Assembly (NCBI GenBank): GCA_965205025.1 | Contig: CBDBFU010000009.1 | Location: 1 to 64,000, forward strand | Source: Candidatus Poribacteria bacterium | Lineage (GTDB): Bacteria; Poribacteria; WGA-4E; WGA-3G | Direction: 5' to 3' | Length of the DNA stretch: 64,000 nucleotides | Shown: positions 23,351 to 34,108 of the stretch, piece by piece | Numbering within the stretch: the stretch's first letter is position 1 | How the letters are laid out: the number at the start of each line of letters is the position of its first letter | The notes under the pieces: model-generated | The model's input: the letters and a program-made list of their open reading frames with translations, nothing else | The model's database searches: none | Told to the model about the DNA's origin: nothing | Translations under genes and position numbers: made by a program

Positions 23351-23986
23351 ATGTCTGATAAAGAGAAAAAGCAAGGCACGGAAATCTCACGACGGAGTTT
23401 TATAAAAGGTGTTGGTACAGGTACCGTTGCAGCAACCGTTGTACCAACTATCTTAGTTGGGGATGAGAAAACTGCCGAAGCACAAACAAATGAGGCAACT
23501 ACTTCTGCTGAAATTCAGTTGAATATCAACGGAAAGTTATATGAGATTGAAGTTGAATCTCGCACAACCTTATTGACTGTCCTTCGCGATGGAATTGATA
23601 CAAATGGAAACAACGTCGATCTAACTGGAGCAAAACTCATTTGTGATAAAGGTGAATGTGGTGGATGTACCATCCTTGTAGACGAAAAACCTGTTTATGC
23701 TTGTATGATGCTTGCAATGGATGCACAAGACAAACAGGTAACTACTGTAGAAGGTATTGCCAAAGGGGAGGATTTGCACCCTGTACAAGAAGCGTTTATC
23801 AAACATGACGCCATGATGTGCGGATTTTGCACCCCAGGGTTTGTTGTTTCATCGGTGGCACTCTTGAATGAAAACAAAAAGCCGACCCTCGAAGAAATTA
23901 AGGATTGCTTATCGGGCAACACTTGTCGTTGCGGTACATACCCGTTCATTTTTGACGCAGTCGAAACTGCTTCCGAAAAAATGTAA
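23351..23986 (+). CDS. Xanthine dehydrogenase family 2Fe-2S subunit with Tat signal (PaoA/YagT-like)
   Basis: SRRSFIK twin-arginine signal; CDKGECGGCT, CGFCTPG, CRCG. Confidence 0.92.
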   Translation: MSDKEKKQGTEISRRSFIKGVGTGTVAATVVPTILVGDEKTAEAQTNEATTSAEIQLNINGKLYEIEVESRTTLLTVLRDGIDTNGNNVDLTGAKLICDKGECGGCTILVDEKPVYACMMLAMDAQDKQVTTVEGIAKGEDLHPVQEAFIKHDAMMCGFCTPGFVVSSVALLNENKKPTLEEIKDCLSGNTCRCGTYPFIFDAVETASEKM

Positions 23987-24051
23987 TATAACAAAGAATT
24001 TATATCGGGTCGTCGTCATGAGCAAGTAACGAATTCAGAAGGAGAAAACAA

Positions 24052-26169
24052 ATGGCATCATGGGGAGAAGCAAGCCAGTCTCGGCTAATTGGCAAGCGGA
24101 TTACCCGTTTGTCCGGTAAGGATAAAGTCACAGGAAAAGCAAAGTATACTTATGATATCAATCGTCCAGGAATGTTATACGGACGCATACTAAGGTCTGA
24201 AGTAGCACGTGCAGATATTGTCGGTTTAGATTTAACTCCCGCGGAAGAACTGCCTGGTGTCAAAGCAGTTATCGCATTAACCCAAGTAGGTAACCAACTT
24301 CGATATCAAGGTCAAGAAATTGCCGCAGTTGCTGCGGAAACCGATGACATTGCTAAAGATGCACTTCGATTGATTCATGTTGAATTGGAAGAATTACCTT
24401 TCGTTGTCACTGAAGATGACGCAATGGCTGAAGGGGCACCACAAATTCGTGATTGGTCAGGAAACAAAAGTAATCCTGGCGTTGATGAAAGAGGTAACCT
24501 GGAAGCAGGATTTGAGGAAGCTGCCGTTACTGTTGAAGCGAAATATCATACACCTGTTCAAACACACGTATGTTTGGAAACACACGGAAATGTAGCAGAA
24601 TGGAGAGGAGAGGGATACCTGACTTTTTGGGCATCTACACAAGCCGTATTCGGTGTACGGAATGATCTTGCACGCACCTTTGAGTTACCTCCAAACCAAG
24701 TCAGAGTTATAACTGAACACATGGGGGGTGGCTTTGGTAGTAAATTTGGTCCAGGTGTTGAAGGACACACCGCCGTTCGTTTGTCAAAATTGACAGGAAA
24801 ACCTGTAAAATTAATGTTGACCCGAAGGGCAGAACATCTTGTGGCAGGGAATAGACCTTCAATGACTCAGCATGTAAAGGCTGGGGCAACAAGTGATGGA
24901 CGGCTTAGTGCTTACGATATGCAAGGTTACGGTACAGGTGGAATTAGTAGCGGGGCAGGTTTCACAGGACCTTATGTATATCATGTAGAAAATTTACGGA
25001 CACAAAGGTTTAACGTTGCTACCAATGCTGGAAACCAACGCGCGATGCGCGCACCAGGTCATCCACAAGGCGCTTTCGCAATGGATTCATTAATGGATGA
25101 ACTCGCAGAAAAACTTGGAATGAACCCACTTGAATTCCGACGTATAAATGATTCAAGCGAAGTTCGACAAGCACAATACACCCTCGGCGCACAAGAAATT
25201 GGATGGCACAGACGCAATACTGTTCCCGGTTCTGGTACAGGTATCAAGAAACGTGGTATGGGACTTGGTAGTGGCCAATGGGGTGGTGGCGGTGGTAGAG
25301 GCACGCAAGCACGTGTTACCATCAATGCCGATGGAACTGTTGAAGCTGTCACAGGAACACAAGATATCGGTACTGGTATTAGAACGGCTATAGCCATTAT
25401 CGTGGCTGAAGAATTTGGTCTACAACCAACCGATATATCGGTAACTGTTGGTGATAGTGAACCCGGTTTACCCTCCGGTGGTAGTGGTGGTAGTCAAACA
25501 ACCGCATCTGTAGCACCTGTCATCAAAACAGCAGCAGAAGCAGCAAAACAGAAACTCTTTGCACATGTTGCCCCTTTACTTCAAGCACCTGTGGACGATC
25601 TTCGTATCGGTACCGGTACGATCTATGTAGCATCTGATAGAACGAAAACTGTTACTTGGAAACAGGCTACTGGACAGCTTGGAATGGAGACCATTAGCGA
25701 AGGTGGGAATTGGGATGCAGAACTACGTCAAGGTGGTGTCGCTGGTACTCAGTTCGCTGAAGTGGAGGTAGACACACAGACTGGTCATATCAAAGTCCTA
25801 AAAATCGTCGCCGTTCAAGACTGCGGATTAGCAATCAATAGATTAGCTACCGAGAGTCAAATTAATGGTGGTGTCATCATGGGATTAGGACAAACCCTCT
25901 TGGAAGAACGCATAATGGATCCGCAAACCGGACGAATGCTCAATGCAAACCTTGAGGATTATAAAGTTCCGGGGACTTACGAGATACCTGAAATCAAATC
26001 CATCGTCTTTGACACACATAGGAAAGTTTCAGGTGTGGGTGAACCCCCATGTATACCTACACTCGGGGCTATTGCAAACGCTGTATATAATGCTATCGGT
26101 GTTCGCATTCGTGAACTCCCAATTACACCTGATAAAGTTCTCACCGCACTTGCTGAGAAGAAGGCATAA
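24052..26169 (+). CDS. Xanthine dehydrogenase family molybdopterin-binding subunit (PaoC/YagR-like)
   Basis: KVTGKAKY, MGGGFGSK, AMRAPG, DIGTG, SGGSGGS, GVGEPP. Confidence 0.93.
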   Translation: MASWGEASQSRLIGKRITRLSGKDKVTGKAKYTYDINRPGMLYGRILRSEVARADIVGLDLTPAEELPGVKAVIALTQVGNQLRYQGQEIAAVAAETDDIAKDALRLIHVELEELPFVVTEDDAMAEGAPQIRDWSGNKSNPGVDERGNLEAGFEEAAVTVEAKYHTPVQTHVCLETHGNVAEWRGEGYLTFWASTQAVFGVRNDLARTFELPPNQVRVITEHMGGGFGSKFGPGVEGHTAVRLSKLTGKPVKLMLTRRAEHLVAGNRPSMTQHVKAGATSDGRLSAYDMQGYGTGGISSGAGFTGPYVYHVENLRTQRFNVATNAGNQRAMRAPGHPQGAFAMDSLMDELAEKLGMNPLEFRRINDSSEVRQAQYTLGAQEIGWHRRNTVPGSGTGIKKRGMGLGSGQWGGGGGRGTQARVTINADGTVEAVTGTQDIGTGIRTAIAIIVAEEFGLQPTDISVTVGDSEPGLPSGGSGGSQTTASVAPVIKTAAEAAKQKLFAHVAPLLQAPVDDLRIGTGTIYVASDRTKTVTWKQATGQLGMETISEGGNWDAELRQGGVAGTQFAEVEVDTQTGHIKVLKIVAVQDCGLAINRLATESQINGGVIMGLGQTLLEERIMDPQTGRMLNANLEDYKVPGTYEIPEIKSIVFDTHRKVSGVGEPPCIPTLGAIANAVYNAIGVRIRELPITPDKVLTALAEKKA

Positions 26170-26180
26170 GGAGGTAAGCA

Positions 26181-27161
26181 ATGGATAATTTTAATTACAT
26201 CAACGCAACCGACTTGGAACAGGTTACCTCGCTGCTGACTGATAACGGCTGGGGTGAAGTTATGGTGATAGCAGGGGGAACTGATCTCCTGGGTGAACTT
26301 AAGGAGTATATAGAAACCCCAAAAACACTAATTAATCTCAAATCATTACCCGGAATGGATAGTATTTCAATGGATACCTCTGGTATTACTATTGGGGCAT
26401 TAACCACTATTGCAGATATTGCCAATCATCCCACGATTCAACAACGGTATACCGTATTAGCACAAGCAGCCAGTTCTGTCGCTACACCACAAATACGGAA
26501 TGTTGGTACACTCGGTGGGAATCTCTGCCAAAGACCACGTTGCTGGTATTACAGAGATGAAACTGTCAATTGTATAAAGAAAGGTGGAGATATATGCTAT
26601 GCAGTTGATGGTCTAAGTAAATATCACGCTATTCTTGGGGGTAATCCTGTATACATTGTCCATCCCTCTGACATCGCGCCTGCATTAATTGCCTTGGACG
26701 CTTCTATAAAGGTAGTCGGTCCAGAAGGTGAGAAAACAATGAAGGTCGAAGAGTTTTTCACGTTACCGGCTGCAAACCCATTACGTGAGAATGTACTTGA
26801 ACCAAATGAAATTGTTGTTGAAGTGCATATACCACAACCCCAACAAGGCACAAAAAGTTTTTATCTTAAAGCACGCGAAAAAGGGGCTCCCGATTTTGCA
26901 TTGGCAAGTGTCGCTGGGGTTTTCGAGATGATGGGACAAACATGTCAAAAGGCAAATATCGTTCTCGGTGGAGTTGCACCTGCACCATGGCGTTCTACAG
27001 AAGCTGAAAACGTTCTATCAGGTAAGTTAATCAACGAAATGGTGAGTAATAACGCAGGTGCAGCAGCTGTAAAAGATGCACAACCTTTGAACGATAATGC
27101 ATACAAAGTAACCTTAACACAGAATCTCATCAGTCGTACTGCCATGATGGCTGTAAGTTAA
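26181..27161 (+). CDS. Xanthine dehydrogenase family FAD-binding subunit (PaoB/YagS-like)
   Basis: IAGGTDL, QIRNVGTLGGNLCQRPRCWYYR with extra Cys insert, LGGVAP.PWR, NAYK. Confidence 0.92.
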   Translation: MDNFNYINATDLEQVTSLLTDNGWGEVMVIAGGTDLLGELKEYIETPKTLINLKSLPGMDSISMDTSGITIGALTTIADIANHPTIQQRYTVLAQAASSVATPQIRNVGTLGGNLCQRPRCWYYRDETVNCIKKGGDICYAVDGLSKYHAILGGNPVYIVHPSDIAPALIALDASIKVVGPEGEKTMKVEEFFTLPAANPLRENVLEPNEIVVEVHIPQPQQGTKSFYLKAREKGAPDFALASVAGVFEMMGQTCQKANIVLGGVAPAPWRSTEAENVLSGKLINEMVSNNAGAAAVKDAQPLNDNAYKVTLTQNLISRTAMMAVS

Positions 27162-27167
27162 AGGAGA

Positions 27168-27413
27168 ATGAATATGTTAGAAGGAAAAACACTCCCAATT
27201 TTTGGCAAACCGATATGTGAAAACCTTCGGACGAAAGCAATTTACATTCCCGGTGGTAACTTGCAAAACCTCGTAAAGTATAATCCCGCTTCACACTATT
27301 GGTGTAACTGTACTGCGCAGGTTGTCGGACCAGACGACGACTTTGTATCCCCTGAGTCTTGTGAACGTTCCCGTTCCTGCTTCAAACCAATAGGTGGAAA
27401 ACCGATAGTATAA
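27168..27413 (+). CDS. Small Cys-rich hypothetical protein in the molybdoenzyme operon
   Basis: AAGGAG RBS at the upstream stop; C..LRTK..Y...YWCNCT...GPDD...C...RSC. Confidence 0.7.
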   Translation: MNMLEGKTLPIFGKPICENLRTKAIYIPGGNLQNLVKYNPASHYWCNCTAQVVGPDDDFVSPESCERSRSCFKPIGGKPIV

Positions 27414-27439
27414 GACATATAGGGGAATACTACAATTTG

Positions 27440-27488
27440 ATAGTGGAGAGTTAAAGACAATTCTTATAACTCTCCACTATTCTTTTTT
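27440..27488 (+). terminator. Intrinsic terminator
   Basis: ATAGTGGAGAGTTA...TAACTCTCCACTAT stem followed by a T-rich run. Confidence 0.75.
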
Positions 27489-27500
27489 GGATAATTCGTC

Positions 27501-27959
27501 ATGTTTCTTAAACCTTTGGTACAATGGGTTCATGTAGGTTCCGTTGTTCTGATGATAGGTGGTTTTTTCTTTCTCCGTATTGTAATAATCCCAATTGCAA
27601 ACCGGCAATCCGATCCAATCACCCTCATTTCCTCAGCACTAAGACGGTTTAGCGGAGTTGTGTGGTGTACGCTATTTACTGTCCTCTTCTCTGGCTTATA
27701 CAATTTATTTTCATTCTTCCGAACTGCACGCGCAACTCCAGCAGAGTCCATCGCTTCAGATTACTCACTCTATATACTCATCTTAGCAATTAAATTCTTT
27801 ATCGTATTTCTTATATACACACTTGCAATTATATTAACTTTACCGTATCCTGTATTTGAGGTATTCCAAAAGAAACCTTCACCATGGTTGAACCTAATCA
27901 TCGTATTCGGTCTGATTATTATATTTCTATCTGCATATTTACGGCGAATGGTATATTAA
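27501..27959 (+). CDS. CopD-like four-TM membrane protein
   Basis: WVHV...IGG, four hydrophobic helices, SGLYN, LAIK. Confidence 0.6.
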   Translation: MFLKPLVQWVHVGSVVLMIGGFFFLRIVIIPIANRQSDPITLISSALRRFSGVVWCTLFTVLFSGLYNLFSFFRTARATPAESIASDYSLYILILAIKFFIVFLIYTLAIILTLPYPVFEVFQKKPSPWLNLIIVFGLIIIFLSAYLRRMVY

Positions 27960-27999
27960 AATGGACATTTAGACAACTATAGTATAAGGAGCAAAGCAA

Positions 28000-28815
28000 A
28001 TGCCAGTATTAAGTAAAGAGGATAAAGCTTTTTGGGAAGAAAATGGATATGTTGTCATTCCAAATGCAGCACCTCCTGAATTAATTGAAAACGCAGAAAA
28101 AGCTGTCTGGGATTTCCTTGAAATGGATGCAGACAACAAAGACACTTGGTATACAGACCCACCACGCGGTATCATGGTAGAGATATACCAACATCCCGCT
28201 CTGTGGGCAACACGGCAATACCCACGTATACATCAAGCTTTTTCAGAAATATGGAATAACGAAAAATTATGGGTAAGTTTTGACAGGGCAAGTATGAGTC
28301 CACCGAATGTTCCCGGAAAATATGAACGGACAAGTGTCGGTCTTCATTGGGATATGTCTATTGATCTCCCCGTTCGATTCCACGTTCAAGGTGTACTTTA
28401 CTTGACTGATACTGCAGCTAACCAAGGCGCTTTTGTTTGTGTCCCAGGATTTCACAACAAAATTGACGATTGGATTAAAAGTCTTCCAGAGGATACCGAT
28501 CCACGACAACAAAATTTAGAAGCGTTAGGCATGATTCCTGTTCCGGGGAATGCAGGGGATTTGGTGATATGGCATAGTGCTTTACCACATAGTGCAGGCA
28601 TCAATACTGCTGATGCACCCCGCGTCGCACAATACATCACCATGACACCTACCGGCGAAGCAAATCAAGAAGCAAGAGATCGTCGTATCAATGGATGGAA
28701 AAATCGAATGGCAGGTTTTGGTGGTGATAGAGAAGAAAAAGAGCATCAGTCAGGTGAAACTGCTGAATTGACCGAACTCGGAAAGAAATTGTTGGGCCTT
28801 GAAACATGGGGATAG
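28000..28815 (+). CDS. Phytanoyl-CoA dioxygenase (PhyH) family protein
   Basis: GYVVI, LHWD, VPGFH, WHSALPH Fe(II)/2-oxoglutarate motifs. Confidence 0.88.
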   Translation: MPVLSKEDKAFWEENGYVVIPNAAPPELIENAEKAVWDFLEMDADNKDTWYTDPPRGIMVEIYQHPALWATRQYPRIHQAFSEIWNNEKLWVSFDRASMSPPNVPGKYERTSVGLHWDMSIDLPVRFHVQGVLYLTDTAANQGAFVCVPGFHNKIDDWIKSLPEDTDPRQQNLEALGMIPVPGNAGDLVIWHSALPHSAGINTADAPRVAQYITMTPTGEANQEARDRRINGWKNRMAGFGGDREEKEHQSGETAELTELGKKLLGLETWG

Positions 28816-29089
28816 TTTATGCCGCTATTATGATTGGTGGAGTGTCCACTGTTTGTAAAGTCCTCTATACATCTGTCGGTAGGTTCGGTTAAGAAACCGA
28901 ATCTACCATGTAATGTAAACAGACTTATAGAATCTACTATAAAATAAGTCTCAGCAATGAAAATAGAATACAAATAAAAATATAGATATCTTCTGTAGTC
29001 GTGAGGTATCACCCCACAAAATTGGTAAGAACACATCCATACATCTACAAGTCCAACCATTGAGATGAGGACATTCCTTACGACTAATC

Positions 29090-29821
29090 CTAAGCCATCC
29101 GAATACCACCGTTCACATCCAGTGTTGCCCCTGTAATATACTGCCCCTCATCTGATGCAAGAAACAGAATAACATTAGCGACCTCTGAGGGATCTGCAAC
29201 ACGACCTAACGGTATGTCGCCGGTCATATCTGGATGATTTTTCGCCATCTCAGTTGCTGCAATCCCCGGGGCAATAGAATTTACTGTAATCCCATACTCC
29301 CCTAAAACACGGGCGAAGGATTTTGTAAGACACATCACACCCGCCTTAGAAGCAGAATAAGGTGCAGATGCAACTATTCCGCCAACCTGTCCCGCTAATG
29401 AACCAAGGTTGATAATTCGACCGAACCTTTGTTCCTTCATTGTCTCCATAACTGCCTGCGAACAGAGAAACGGACCCTTTAAGTTTACTGCCAGCATTCG
29501 ATCCCATTCTTCTTCGGTACAAGCATCTATTCTGGTATAACTAAAAATACCCGCATTATTCACTAAAATATCAATCTGTCCGAATTCTTCCAGTGTCTTA
29601 TCTACCATACTCCGTACAGATTCTCCATCTGCAACATCCGTTTCAACCACAACACACTGTCTACCAAGTGCGGTTATCTCTTGAGATGCTGACTCTGCAT
29701 TCGTAATATTTACCTCTGGAATTACAATGTCTGCCCCTTCACGAGCAAACGCAAGACAGGTTGCTTTGCCTATTCCACCACCCCCTCCAGTTACAATCGC
29801 AACGCGACCATCCAACCGCAT
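29090..29821 (-). CDS. SDR family oxidoreductase (FabG-like)
   Basis: TGGGGGIG, NNAG, YSASK. Confidence 0.9.
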   Translation of the reverse strand: MRLDGRVAIVTGGGGGIGKATCLAFAREGADIVIPEVNITNAESASQEITALGRQCVVVETDVADGESVRSMVDKTLEEFGQIDILVNNAGIFSYTRIDACTEEEWDRMLAVNLKGPFLCSQAVMETMKEQRFGRIINLGSLAGQVGGIVASAPYSASKAGVMCLTKSFARVLGEYGITVNSIAPGIAATEMAKNHPDMTGDIPLGRVADPSEVANVILFLASDEGQYITGATLDVNGGIRMA

Positions 29822-30018
29822 CTAAATCTCCTTATTAATGAATTATTACAAGTGAAAAATTTATTCAACCTTAACAGTTTTATACTTGAAACGTACACTA
29901 TAATGTATTAAGATATTATCATTATCACAAGATTATTCTAAAATGTCAATTATGTCATGAATTCCAATTCTGTAATTACTATTTCTATCAGAACGATTGT
30001 CACACGGAGCATTATATC

Positions 30019-31146
30019 ATGAATCTCTCAACTCTTTTGCGTGTATTTATAATAGTCATTGTATTTAGTCTTATTTATTCCCTCACACTTGCAACAGCAC
30101 AAAATTACTATCCTTCTGATGTTGGAAACGAATGGATTATGGAAAGTACAGATGGAAAGGAAAAACGTACCTATACACTTGAGACACCTGAAGATCCAGC
30201 AGATCAGGAATATACCCTCCTAAAGATTGTAACCGAGGATTTTGCGAACAAAGAGATAGATATAGATAGATATTTTGTCACAACTGACAATGAAGGTATC
30301 AAACTACACAAGACAGTCTTTACTATTGGTCTCTTTGCTGTACTTGGTGATATAGTTGCTAATTTTTCTCCACCTGTCATTTTCTTTCGTAATGTATTAA
30401 GTGAAGGAGATAAATGGAAGATAGTTGCAGATGCCAAAATCGCAACCAAACCCCTACCAATTGAATTAGAAAGCATAACAAATTTAGAAGTTGTAGGATA
30501 TGAGGATGTTGTAACACCTGCTGAAGATTTCTTTTTCTGTGCCAAAATTAAATTAGTTGTCGAGGTTTCTGGAGTAATAAACCAAAAAACAACATCCTAC
30601 CAATGGTTAGCACCAGATGTCGGTCCTATTAAATATCAGAATAGTGATGGAGTAGTCTATGAGTTGGTGAGTTACAATTTACAAACAGACACGCAGGAAC
30701 CTGAGAGTTCTGACGAGGAAGATGGTGTAACCGAACCAGAAAACATTGCCGATAATCAACCCCCTATGACAGACCCAATGACTGATGATTCTGAAATGAC
30801 CACAGAAACTGAAGAAGAGACTGAGGAAATGATGGAAGAAACTGAGACTGAAGAGGATGAGACCCAAGAGATGGTAGATGATCCTGATCCTACAACAACT
30901 GAAACTGAAGAAGAAACGGAAGAGACGATGGATGATACTGAGATGACACAGGAAACTGAGGTAGAGGACGATATTGAAGAAACAAAGAATCCTTACGATA
31001 TTACTGGCGACGGAGTGGTCAACATCCTGGACCTTGTACGCATGGTTTCCCACTTCGGTGAAGAAAATCCTGAAGTAGACGTAACGGGTGATGGGGTCGT
31101 CAATATTTTAGACTTAGTGGCTATTGCTCAGAACTTCAGTATTTGA
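30019..31146 (+). CDS. Secreted protein: shared N-terminal beta domain, acidic E/T/M linker, dockerin-type C-terminus
   Basis: Signal peptide, NYYP..GN.W...WLAPDVGP, D(I/V)TGDGVVNILDLV twice. Confidence 0.8.
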   Translation: MNLSTLLRVFIIVIVFSLIYSLTLATAQNYYPSDVGNEWIMESTDGKEKRTYTLETPEDPADQEYTLLKIVTEDFANKEIDIDRYFVTTDNEGIKLHKTVFTIGLFAVLGDIVANFSPPVIFFRNVLSEGDKWKIVADAKIATKPLPIELESITNLEVVGYEDVVTPAEDFFFCAKIKLVVEVSGVINQKTTSYQWLAPDVGPIKYQNSDGVVYELVSYNLQTDTQEPESSDEEDGVTEPENIADNQPPMTDPMTDDSEMTTETEEETEEMMEETETEEDETQEMVDDPDPTTTETEEETEETMDDTEMTQETEVEDDIEETKNPYDITGDGVVNILDLVRMVSHFGEENPEVDVTGDGVVNILDLVAIAQNFSI

Positions 31147-31315
31147 TGCTCTCTCAATATAGGTTGATGCTACTGTCAAAAGATTTGATTAACTCACTAA
31201 AAACTGCTATATTAACAAATGCAAATTAATTCGAATACTGGTATTGAGGATAACGGATTGCATCAGAATAAGTAATTCCTATATATAAACATTGTCTTCA
31301 TTAGATTGATTCGTT

Positions 31316-31510
31316 ATGAAAACTTGGAAAGCAGCGTTAATAATTATCGGTATCGGTATTTTGATTATGGCATTAGGCTTCTGGTTAGGGTATCGATATA
31401 TATCCGAACAAGATGATATCCACCATCAAGCGGAATATATACAGTCTAAAGGTGAAATTCTTGGAGCATTAACATCTCAGAATAACAATTATTCTTATCT
31501 TGTAATTTAA
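31316..31510 (+). CDS. Small single-TM hypothetical protein
   Basis: Hydrophobic N-terminal helix; fills an intergenic gap. Confidence 0.45.
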   Translation: MKTWKAALIIIGIGILIMALGFWLGYRYISEQDDIHHQAEYIQSKGEILGALTSQNNNYSYLVI

Positions 31511-31575
31511 TCCTACTACTTTTTAGAATATATAATTTATTTAAAAATATAGTTTAATAAAAGGAGATATATAAA

Positions 31576-33984
31576 ATGGGATTGACCCGAATGAAATTTA
31601 TGCTACACTTGGTATTAATAATATGTTTTATTACCACTTTTGCAATTAACGCAACAGCACAAGATTATTATCCTACAGTTGTAGGCAACACCTGGGTTTT
31701 TTTTGATGCTGAAGGTGCTGAAAGACGCACCTATACCATTGAGGAGGCAGAAGGTGAAGCTGAAGGAATTATAATTCTTAGAATTTATACTGAAACCCTT
31801 GGTACAGATACAGTTGATGATGATGTCTATTATATTTCTGATGATAATGGCGATTTATTACTTCACAGGACACATTTGGATGAAGGAACTTTTGGGGTTG
31901 CAGCAGCAACTTTGGACCCTCCCGCATTATTCTTTCCAGCTGCATTACCAATTGGGCGCACATGGGATGTCGTTACAACAACTGAACTAAAATTGGTGGG
32001 TACAGCAAAAACAACCAGTACAATAACCGTCGTTGATATAGAGGATCTTGAAACACCGGCTGGTACTTTTAAAAACTGTATCAAGCTTGAAATTAGTAGA
32101 AAAATTGTCACAGCAGTTGTAACTTTGCGTCCTATATCATATCAGTGGTTAGCACCTGATGTGGGACCTGTAAAGTATGTAGATGACCAAGATATTGTAT
32201 ATGAACTGCAGAGTTATACCTTACTTGATGAACCCCAAATTGATGATCCTGAAGTTGAAACCCCTGAGGTTGAAACCCCTGAGGTTGTAACCCCTGAAGT
32301 TGAAACCCCTGAGGTTGAAACTCCTGAAGTTGAAACTCCTGAAGTTGAAACCCCTGAAGTTGTAACTCCTCCCGTTGAAACCCCTATAGATCAAGAACCC
32401 ATTATCGAATTACCACCCGGTATACCTTCGATTAGTGAACAAGAGTTTGAAATCACATTAAAGAATCTAACAGTTGGTGAACCCGGAATGGGAGGACAGA
32501 TCTTATCACCTCCAATTTTTGCAACCCATTTATCCGGTACAAAACTCGCACCAGTTGGTGAACCCGCAAATCCTGCCCTTGTCGCACTTGCTGAAAATGG
32601 AGATGTCTCAGCAATATTACAACTCGCAACTTCTATACAAGCAAATACTGCTGTCGCGGATGACGTTGTCATTCCAGGTGGATCTGTTACCGTTAAGTTA
32701 AAGGGAAACCAAATTAATACTTCTCTTACAGCGGCTTCAATGTTAGTTTCCACAAATGATGGCTTCATCATCGCTGATGGGATTCCACTCTTTGATGAGG
32801 ATGGAATGCCTGTTACAATGACATTAGATCTAATGGCTTATGATGCGGGCAGTGAAGATAACACAGAACTTGCTTCCGATATACCCGGTCCAGTCGGCTT
32901 AGATGCTGACGCTGACCCTGAAGGAAGTAATGCACGTGTTCCTACTGAAGGGGGTGTCATTTCAGCACATCCAGGAATACAAGGCGTGGGTGATGTGGGA
33001 GAAGCGTTTGCTTGGACTGAACCTACAGCGACACTAACTATCAAACCTGTTTCAGATGAAGTTCCTATACCTGAATCCAACTTTGATATCACACTTGTAC
33101 AAGGATTGAATATGATATCAATTCCATTAATGCCTTCTGAACCATATTCAGCAAAATCACTTGCTATGAAATTGGGAGCATCCATCGTCATTAAATTGGA
33201 CGCCGCAACACAAACATTCGTTGGATATTCCTATGCTGAAGAAGGGGATGGCTTTGAGATAGATGGTAGAAGCGGATATATCGTTAACACACCTGCGGGT
33301 GGGAAATTCACATTTACTGGTACCGCTTGGATGAACGATACTGAAAATGCAGCTGCTCCAAAAATTATAAATGTTGATAATGCTTGGGCATTCATTGTCA
33401 CGAGTGACTTACACGGACTACTATCAGGTGAATCTTACACTATCACCGCGAAGAATCTTCGAACAGGTGTAATTGCCACTGAAAAAGTAAGTAGTGAAAA
33501 AGAAAGTGTTTCCGCTGTATGGGCAGATATGAACCGGAAGAGTGTTGTCCAAGTCGGGGATAAACTTGAAATCACACTCCTTGATGAACACGGTTCTATA
33601 GTCTCTGGTCCATTCGAACGCACTGTTCAAACTTCCGACATACACAATGCTTTTTTGACTGTACAACTGCAAGTTGGAGATGTGAGACCTAAGGAAACTA
33701 TTCTTGGTCAGAATTATCCAAATCCCTTTAATCCTGAGACATGGATACCTTATCAACTCAGCCAGGATAGCGATGTAACCATTAAAATTTATGATGTGTC
33801 CGGTCAATCTATTCGGACCATCAATTTGGGTCATCAGTCTATCGGTTCATATATGACTTCTGAAACCGCAGCATATTGGGATGGTAAGAACGGCGCAGGA
33901 GAGTTTGTTTCAAGTGGAATCTATTTCTATTCCCTTCAAACGAAGAATTTTTCCGCAACCCGTCGAATGGTAATCCTAAAGTAG
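31576..33984 (+). CDS. Secreted multidomain protein: shared N-terminal domain, PEVET repeats, Spondin_N-like domain, FlgD/T9SS-like C-terminus
   Basis: LSPPIFATH, ALAENGD, SMLVSTNDGF, YDAGSE (spondin-like); LGQNYPNPFNPETWIPYQL...RRMVILK. Confidence 0.82.
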   Translation: MGLTRMKFMLHLVLIICFITTFAINATAQDYYPTVVGNTWVFFDAEGAERRTYTIEEAEGEAEGIIILRIYTETLGTDTVDDDVYYISDDNGDLLLHRTHLDEGTFGVAAATLDPPALFFPAALPIGRTWDVVTTTELKLVGTAKTTSTITVVDIEDLETPAGTFKNCIKLEISRKIVTAVVTLRPISYQWLAPDVGPVKYVDDQDIVYELQSYTLLDEPQIDDPEVETPEVETPEVVTPEVETPEVETPEVETPEVETPEVVTPPVETPIDQEPIIELPPGIPSISEQEFEITLKNLTVGEPGMGGQILSPPIFATHLSGTKLAPVGEPANPALVALAENGDVSAILQLATSIQANTAVADDVVIPGGSVTVKLKGNQINTSLTAASMLVSTNDGFIIADGIPLFDEDGMPVTMTLDLMAYDAGSEDNTELASDIPGPVGLDADADPEGSNARVPTEGGVISAHPGIQGVGDVGEAFAWTEPTATLTIKPVSDEVPIPESNFDITLVQGLNMISIPLMPSEPYSAKSLAMKLGASIVIKLDAATQTFVGYSYAEEGDGFEIDGRSGYIVNTPAGGKFTFTGTAWMNDTENAAAPKIINVDNAWAFIVTSDLHGLLSGESYTITAKNLRTGVIATEKVSSEKESVSAVWADMNRKSVVQVGDKLEITLLDEHGSIVSGPFERTVQTSDIHNAFLTVQLQVGDVRPKETILGQNYPNPFNPETWIPYQLSQDSDVTIKIYDVSGQSIRTINLGHQSIGSYMTSETAAYWDGKNGAGEFVSSGIYFYSLQTKNFSATRRMVILK
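32248..32382 (+). repeat. 15-bp coding tandem repeat, 9 units (PEVET/PEVVT)
   Basis: CCTGA(A/G)GTTG(A/T)AAC(C/T) units. Confidence 0.9.
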
Positions 33985-34008
33985 AATTATATCTACAATA
34001 AAATCTGG

Positions 34009-34080
34009 TGGAACGTCTTGACAGAAAGTAATCTGGCAGTCCAAAATAGTTGCAAGATTACTTAATCAAGACGTTTTCCA
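34009..34080. terminator. Long intergenic hairpin (terminator or RNA-stability element)
   Basis: TGGAACGTCTTGA..AAGTAATCT..AGATTACTT..TCAAGACGTTTTCCA. Confidence 0.55.
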
Positions 34081-34108
34081 TTTAGAATACAATACCGACA
34101 GGAGTTAA

